From: Sodaliphilus sp.
GTDB lineage: Bacteria > Bacillota > Clostridia > Lachnospirales > Anaerotignaceae
Length of the DNA: 64,000 nucleotides
NCBI GenBank assembly: GCA_963640305.1
Contig: CAVHYX010000014.1
Coordinates: 6,906-70,905, forward strand
Direction of reading: 5' to 3'
Shown here: positions 58,999 to 64,000 of the stretch, one piece after another
How positions within the stretch are numbered: the first letter of the stretch is position 1
Layout of the letters: each line of letters begins with the position of its first letter
Program-made: the position numbers and the translations under genes
Notes under the pieces: generated by a model
Told to the model about the DNA's origin: nothing
The model's database searches: none
The model's input: the letters and a program-made list of their open reading frames with translations, nothing else

Positions 58999-61365
58999 TT
59001 ATTTGATGCTGACTGTCTCGTAAATCACATTGCCCTCCTGCACACGGAAGCGCAGCATTTTATAGTTTGCATTGACCGTGCCATCCGCTTTCCAGAGGTC
59101 GGGCAGATTGACATAGCGCACGCCATCCTTCACAGAGCTCCAATAGCCTGTGTTGCCGCAGGAAATCACAAAGACATTCTTCCCCTGCTCCACATATTTG
59201 CTCAAAATCGTGCGGAAATAGCTTGCTTCCGCCGCAGAGCTAAAGTCGGAGGGGGTCTTATCCATCACAAAAACAATCGTATCGTTATTTGCATTTTCGA
59301 TGTCTGCCGTAAACCTTGCCCATTGCGTCGGGTCAGTCGCCGTAATGCCACCCTTTGCCGCAGAAACCATGGCAAGACTGACACCTCCTCTGTTTAAGAA
59401 GCGATAGTTTCCGTTCCATGTCAGGGAATCCAGCTTCTTTGCGGATTGAATATCGTTTGCAGCGCCATAAATCGCTACCTCCGCATTCGCATCCACATAG
59501 GATTTTACCTTTGCCCGCGCCGCATTATAAGTCTCGGCAGCAATTTTTTGTGTGCCGGTATACGCAATTTTTCCGGCAACATTGAAATAATACGCTCCGT
59601 CACTCGCCCTTGTCACCGTCTGCTGCATCGCATCCTGTACCATCGTTGCCGCAGGTGTTTGCACCGCCGCCACATTACCGACCGTTACCGCAATATAAGC
59701 AACCGCACCATCCTTCTCGCATTTGACATAGGTAGCGCCTTCCTTCTTTGCCGTAAAAATATTGCCGGAAACAGAGCCAACGCTCTCGTCCGCCACACTG
59801 TAGCTCGTGCTTGTGGATACCCAGTAGGAGAACCCATCTCCATCATACGCCTGCATGGCAATCGTTGCCGTTGCGCCCGCGCCGTTCAGCTTGATGCTCG
59901 CATTGGTGGGGCTCAGCCTTGCCACCTCTCCGCTTACCACATTCTGCTGTGTTGCCACCAGATTGTTGTAGGTTGCGATAACCGTAAATGTACCGCTCGT
60001 CTTGGGCGTAAAGGTATAACCGCTCCATGTCCCTTCCACGCCAACTGCATCCAGTGTTACCTCCGCCGCAGGAATTTCAATGCGGTTCCCGTATGTATCC
60101 AGACCATAAACGGTAAAGTCCACAGCCTTTCCCGCCAAGGTTCTTGTCATAGAGGGCTGAATTTGTATTTCCTGTATCTCGCCCTTCTCGGCGTTTTGGA
60201 AAATCCCCACGGCATTGATAACCTTTCGTTCGGAACCCTCGGATACCTGATTCTGCACCGTCACTGCCGTATCCTCCATTGTCCTCACCGCCATGGTAGA
60301 GGAGCCGCCGCCGTCTAAGTGGATCGCCTCGTATGCACCGTATTCTTGCATCAAAAGTCCCATCTCCCAATGCGTTGCACCAATGCTGTCGCCTCTGCCG
60401 TCCACAACCATAAGGATTGCCGTCTTGCCGTCCTTGGAGACGCCGAAGGCCGTTCTGGGCTGTCTCCCCGTCGCAACAATGGAGTTTGCCTCCACGATTT
60501 TTCCGTCAACCAAAAGCTTGCCGCCGCCGCCAAAGGCTGTTTCCACCTTATCCAAATCCACAGAGGAGGTGATGTCCAGCGTCATCTCATCCCCCACCTG
60601 TAGCATATATGCCGCCTTGTCATAATAATCCCCGCTCATGACAATCAAATAGCCGTCCTCCGGCACGGTCACAACCTCTCCCTTTTGGGAAATCGCCGTC
60701 AGCTTCTCGTTTTCCACCGTAAATTTTACGAGATTCTGAAAGCGTCTGTCCAAGCTTGCCGTCGTCGTCATGGCGTTCCTGTCCAGATAAATCGGATATA
60801 CCATCGAGGTAATTTTATTCAAAGAGGCAAGCTCTATCCTCTTTTTTTCGTTGCCGCATTTCGCCGTCATGGTGAAATAATCAAAGAAGGGATTGCCGTC
60901 CTCGTCCAAAAAGAAGGTTGCGTACTGTCCTTCCTCGTGATTCAGACTCGTCCCCGCGGAAATCGTCTCTCCGTCACGGACAACCGGACCGAATGCCGCA
61001 GAATATGTTCCGCTCAAGCCAAAGAAATCGGAATTGACTCCGGCAATCGCGCCGTTATCCGTCAAAAGCTTCTGCACCGTTTCCTTTAAGCCATAATCCG
61101 TTGTACTCTCCACTTCTCTGATTTCCAGCGTACCTTCCGTTAAATCCACCTTCAGCACGTGTACATTCTGAACCCCCGCATCCGTCATACGGCTGCTTTT
61201 TTCATAAGTCACCCCACGGGTCACTGTTTTTTCCGTTTTCTGAGTATAATAAGTCGTTGCGGCATAAGCCGTTTCCATCCCCAAAGCCGATAGGGGCGAA
61301 AGCAAAAGCATTGCAGCAAGCGCCATCCCCATGACACGCTTTGCCACTTTCCTGTTTTGGTACAT
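58999..61365 (-). CDS. Secreted phosphodiester glycosidase (NAGPA/DUF2233) family protein with additional C-terminal domains
   Basis: Signal peptide. GVNSDFFG and HLDGGGSSTM motifs. Start MYQNRKV at 61365 has GGAGATGAGGGA upstream. Confidence 0.75.
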   Translation of the reverse strand: MYQNRKVAKRVMGMALAAMLLLSPLSALGMETAYAATTYYTQKTEKTVTRGVTYEKSSRMTDAGVQNVHVLKVDLTEGTLEIREVESTTDYGLKETVQKLLTDNGAIAGVNSDFFGLSGTYSAAFGPVVRDGETISAGTSLNHEEGQYATFFLDEDGNPFFDYFTMTAKCGNEKKRIELASLNKITSMVYPIYLDRNAMTTTASLDRRFQNLVKFTVENEKLTAISQKGEVVTVPEDGYLIVMSGDYYDKAAYMLQVGDEMTLDITSSVDLDKVETAFGGGGKLLVDGKIVEANSIVATGRQPRTAFGVSKDGKTAILMVVDGRGDSIGATHWEMGLLMQEYGAYEAIHLDGGGSSTMAVRTMEDTAVTVQNQVSEGSERKVINAVGIFQNAEKGEIQEIQIQPSMTRTLAGKAVDFTVYGLDTYGNRIEIPAAEVTLDAVGVEGTWSGYTFTPKTSGTFTVIATYNNLVATQQNVVSGEVARLSPTNASIKLNGAGATATIAMQAYDGDGFSYWVSTSTSYSVADESVGSVSGNIFTAKKEGATYVKCEKDGAVAYIAVTVGNVAAVQTPAATMVQDAMQQTVTRASDGAYYFNVAGKIAYTGTQKIAAETYNAARAKVKSYVDANAEVAIYGAANDIQSAKKLDSLTWNGNYRFLNRGGVSLAMVSAAKGGITATDPTQWARFTADIENANNDTIVFVMDKTPSDFSSAAEASYFRTILSKYVEQGKNVFVISCGNTGYWSSVKDGVRYVNLPDLWKADGTVNANYKMLRFRVQEGNVIYETVSIK

Positions 61366-61533
61366 TCCCTCATCTCCTTCTTCCCTTGCACCCATACATA
61401 AGACGGGGTCTTTCCAAAAAAAGTTCCCCCATCTACCGTAAAACATCATAGCACAATGGTGCACGCTTTTGTTCCTTTTTCAAAAAATTTAAGAAAAATG
61501 TAAAATTTCCGCACAAAAAAAAGATATGCTTCG

Positions 61534-62865
61534 TCATTCCCGCACAACCTCGATTTTTTCAATCCCGTATGCCTGAAAAATTGGCAGCAGCTCCGCCGTA
61601 ATTTCCTCTCCGCTTGCCGCAATGGGAATCGCAGGGGGACAAGAAACACAAGGGCTCGCACAAATTCGACCTACTGCTGCTTCGCAGGAAATTTCCTCCC
61701 ATCGGCTGAAAATCGCCTCTCGAATCCGCATTTTTCGCTGCGACAGAAGCTGCGGCATCCGAAAGAGCTTGATTTTCTCCTTCTGCGGCAAACTGCCCAG
61801 CGCCTTTTCGATGCGCAGAAAATCTCGTTCTCTGTTTTCCGGTGTCACCATCAGCACCACCGCATCCAAATCGGCAAATTCGCACTCCACTCCATGCGTC
61901 CGCAAAGCATCTGCGACCTCCGCGCCACGGTAGCCCCTTTCGCCCGTCAAAATCGTCAGCCTTAAGGGATCACTATCTGCCATTGTCCAGCCCTGCTCCA
62001 TCAGCACCTCTCGCAGCCGCTCCAAACGCCGCAAGGTATGAGAAAGCCGCATCATATACTGCTCCGACAGGTATGTGTTGCACAAATCCAGAGACTGTAA
62101 AATCAAATAGGACGGACTCGTCGAGCCAAACAGCTCCATCGCCTTTTTCGCTCGTTCGCCGACCCGTTCCGCCCACTCCGCAGAGAAATGCAGGTATGCG
62201 CCGCCCGTCAGCACCGGCAGGGTCTTGTGCGCGGAATCGCAGCTCATCGCCGCCCCCAAATCCACAGGATGCTCGGAGGGCTGCAAAAATTTCAGATATG
62301 CCCCATGTGCGTTATCCACCAGAAGCGGCACGCCCGCCGCCCTGCAAACCGCCGCAATCGCCCGAATGTCAGGCGAATACCCCGTATAATCGGGCGCCGT
62401 GATATAAACGGCAAAGGGGCGTACCTCCGCCAGCCTCTCCGCTACCCTCTCCGCCGTAATCGGGCAGGTGCAAAGCCCTCCCCTCCCCTCGGGCAAAAGC
62501 CATTCCACCTCCAAATCCAGCAAAGCGCAGCCATATAAAAATGCCTTGTGGGCATTCCGTGCCGCCAAAACCACAGGGCGTTTTTCGCCCCTTTCCTGCA
62601 AGGCCAGAAAAAGCATCGCGCGGATACACTGTGAGGAGCCCTCTGTCCCGTAAATCGTTTTGCCGAAGCCGAATACCTCCGTCGCATTTCTCTCGCTTTC
62701 CGCAATAATTCCCTTTGCCTCATAAAGCGCATCCGCCCCGCATATTTCCGTAATATCCCGTTTTTCGCAGCCCAAAAAGTTTGCCCCCTTGTGTCCCGGC
62801 ATATGCAGTCTGGAGGCATCCTTTTTTTCGTATGCGTTGATGAAATCAAAAATCGGCGTATCCAT
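61534..62865 (-). CDS. Orn/Lys/Arg decarboxylase-family PLP-dependent enzyme
   Basis: LHMPGHKG N-terminal motif and PLP-lysine region DSAHKTLP. Confidence 0.8.
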   Translation of the reverse strand: MDTPIFDFINAYEKKDASRLHMPGHKGANFLGCEKRDITEICGADALYEAKGIIAESERNATEVFGFGKTIYGTEGSSQCIRAMLFLALQERGEKRPVVLAARNAHKAFLYGCALLDLEVEWLLPEGRGGLCTCPITAERVAERLAEVRPFAVYITAPDYTGYSPDIRAIAAVCRAAGVPLLVDNAHGAYLKFLQPSEHPVDLGAAMSCDSAHKTLPVLTGGAYLHFSAEWAERVGERAKKAMELFGSTSPSYLILQSLDLCNTYLSEQYMMRLSHTLRRLERLREVLMEQGWTMADSDPLRLTILTGERGYRGAEVADALRTHGVECEFADLDAVVLMVTPENRERDFLRIEKALGSLPQKEKIKLFRMPQLLSQRKMRIREAIFSRWEEISCEAAVGRICASPCVSCPPAIPIAASGEEITAELLPIFQAYGIEKIEVVRE

Positions 62866-62947
62866 AAAAATCCCTCAAATCAGTATCTTTTCGAGGCTCG
62901 CTCTGTCTTTCCCCTCCCAATCATGCAAGCATGGGTCTGAAGACATT

Positions 62948-64000
62948 TTACTCGCTTGCCTCACTTACCTTCATCATAATGGCACATTCGATTCTCTTTT
63001 TGAACAAATCGCAGCCATACTCATAAATCCCCGTAATGCTGCCCGTCGCATGGTAGGCATTCGCCGCACAGCCGCCGGAGCAGTAAAGCTTTGCCCAGCA
63101 ATCCTTGCAATCCTCTCTGGCGTAGGCGTTGCAGCACTTAAATTCATCCTGCACCGCCTTGTTGGTAACGCCCTTCCAGATGTCACCCATGCTGTATTTC
63201 TCATCCCCCACGAATTGATGGCAGGGATACAGTTCCCCCCAAGGGGTCACAGCCATATATTCCGTACCGCTGCCGCAGCCGGAAATCCGCTTATAAATAC
63301 AGGGACCATGCTCCAAATCCAGCATATAATGATAGAATGTAATCGGTCTGCCCTCTTTTTTGCGCTTCAGCATTTCCCTTGCCAAAAGCTCATACTGTGC
63401 AAAGAGAATCGGCTTATCCTCCTCCGTCAACGCATAAGGGTCATCCGGCGCACAGACAACCGGCTCCATGCTTAATTCCGTAAAGCCCAGATCCGCCATG
63501 TGAAATAAATCATTTGTGAAATCTACATTGTTATGCGTAAATGTCCCGCGCATATAGTAGCTCTTTTCCCCGCGCTTTTTCACAAACTCTTGAAATTTCG
63601 GCACAATACGGTCATAGCTGCCCTGCCCCGCGTAATCCTTCCGCAGATGGTCGTGTACCTCTTTTCTGCCGTCCAGAGAAAGCACGACATTGTGCATCTC
63701 CTTATTCGCAAAATCAATGACCTCCTCATCAATCAGCATCCCGTTTGTGGTCAGCGTAAAGCGAAAGTTTTTGTTATGCAGCTTCTCCTGCTCTCTGGCA
63801 TATGCCACAATTTGCTTCACAACTTCCCAATTCATCAACGGTTCTCCGCCGAAAAAGTCCACCTCAAGGTTTCTTCTTGTGCCGGAATTTTTAATCAGAA
63901 AGTCAATTGCACGCTTGCCAACCGCAAATGTCATAAGCGTGCGCTCCCCCTGATATTTCCCTTGACTTGCGAAGCAGTAAGAGCAATTCAGATTACAGGT
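62948..64000 (-). CDS. scfB: Radical SAM/SPASM maturase, SCIFF-peptide maturase-like (partial; the N-terminus lies beyond the right edge)
   Basis: The frame stays open to position 64000 and encodes CNLNCSYCF (CxxxCxxC). The Cys-rich SPASM C-terminus is CGSGTEY...CKDCWAKLYCSGGC. Confidence 0.7.
   Translation of the reverse strand, partial: TCNLNCSYCFASQGKYQGERTLMTFAVGKRAIDFLIKNSGTRRNLEVDFFGGEPLMNWEVVKQIVAYAREQEKLHNKNFRFTLTTNGMLIDEEVIDFANKEMHNVVLSLDGRKEVHDHLRKDYAGQGSYDRIVPKFQEFVKKRGEKSYYMRGTFTHNNVDFTNDLFHMADLGFTELSMEPVVCAPDDPYALTEEDKPILFAQYELLAREMLKRKKEGRPITFYHYMLDLEHGPCIYKRISGCGSGTEYMAVTPWGELYPCHQFVGDEKYSMGDIWKGVTNKAVQDEFKCCNAYAREDCKDCWAKLYCSGGCAANAYHATGSITGIYEYGCDLFKKRIECAIMMKVSEASE

Noticed and set aside
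1-64000. A scan for CRISPR repeats, tRNA/rRNA genes, transposases or integrases, prophage genes, toxin-antitoxin pairs and known defence genes.
   Set aside because: None found. All sizeable ORFs are accounted for by housekeeping, envelope or metabolic functions, and the only repeats are the short ones listed.

Overview
Core-chromosome window from a moderately GC-rich Firmicute, class Clostridia judging by gene content; I cannot name the species by eye. I call about 49 CDS, all but four on the minus strand. There are no rRNA or tRNA genes, CRISPR arrays, transposases, integrases or recognisable defence genes. Reading the minus strand from right to left: (1) the 3' part of a SCIFF-type radical SAM maturase and a PLP decarboxylase. 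(2) A cell-envelope glycopolymer cluster at 50610-61365: phosphodiester glycosidase, a MurJ/O-antigen-ligase fusion, GT4, two DUF4330 paralogues, a GT4/CsaB fusion and TagA. (3) A PucR-type regulator, ftsEX, an S41 peptidase, mreB and gdhA. (4) On the plus strand, queH, a DMT transporter and a hypothetical gene. (5) rpoB-rpoC, rpsL-rpsG-fusA and tuf. (6) A lipoprotein, secDF, recJ, apt, rplS, lepB and rbgA. (7) zapA, a U32 peptidase, ftsW/rodA, a PBP and a patatin-like gene. (8) A four-gene 2-hydroxyacyl-CoA dehydratase plus propionate CoA-transferase operon, which looks like the acrylate pathway. (9) apbE, an exonuclease, and an operon of a small acidic ORF, an Fe-ADH and an amidase. Many near-consensus sigma-A promoters (exact 17-nt spacers) and intrinsic terminators can be read directly. 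This is mostly ordinary housekeeping DNA, and I found no clearly novel multi-gene system. The items most worth a second look: the envelope cluster with two fusion genes and tandem DUF4330 genes; an unclassified structured ~300-nt non-coding region after tuf, which shares a 24-nt motif with another leader; a structured leader before the dehydratase operon; phased 12-nt GGACAC repeats after ftsX; a strong-SD uORF overlapping the rpsG start; and face-to-face consensus promoters between rpoB and queH.
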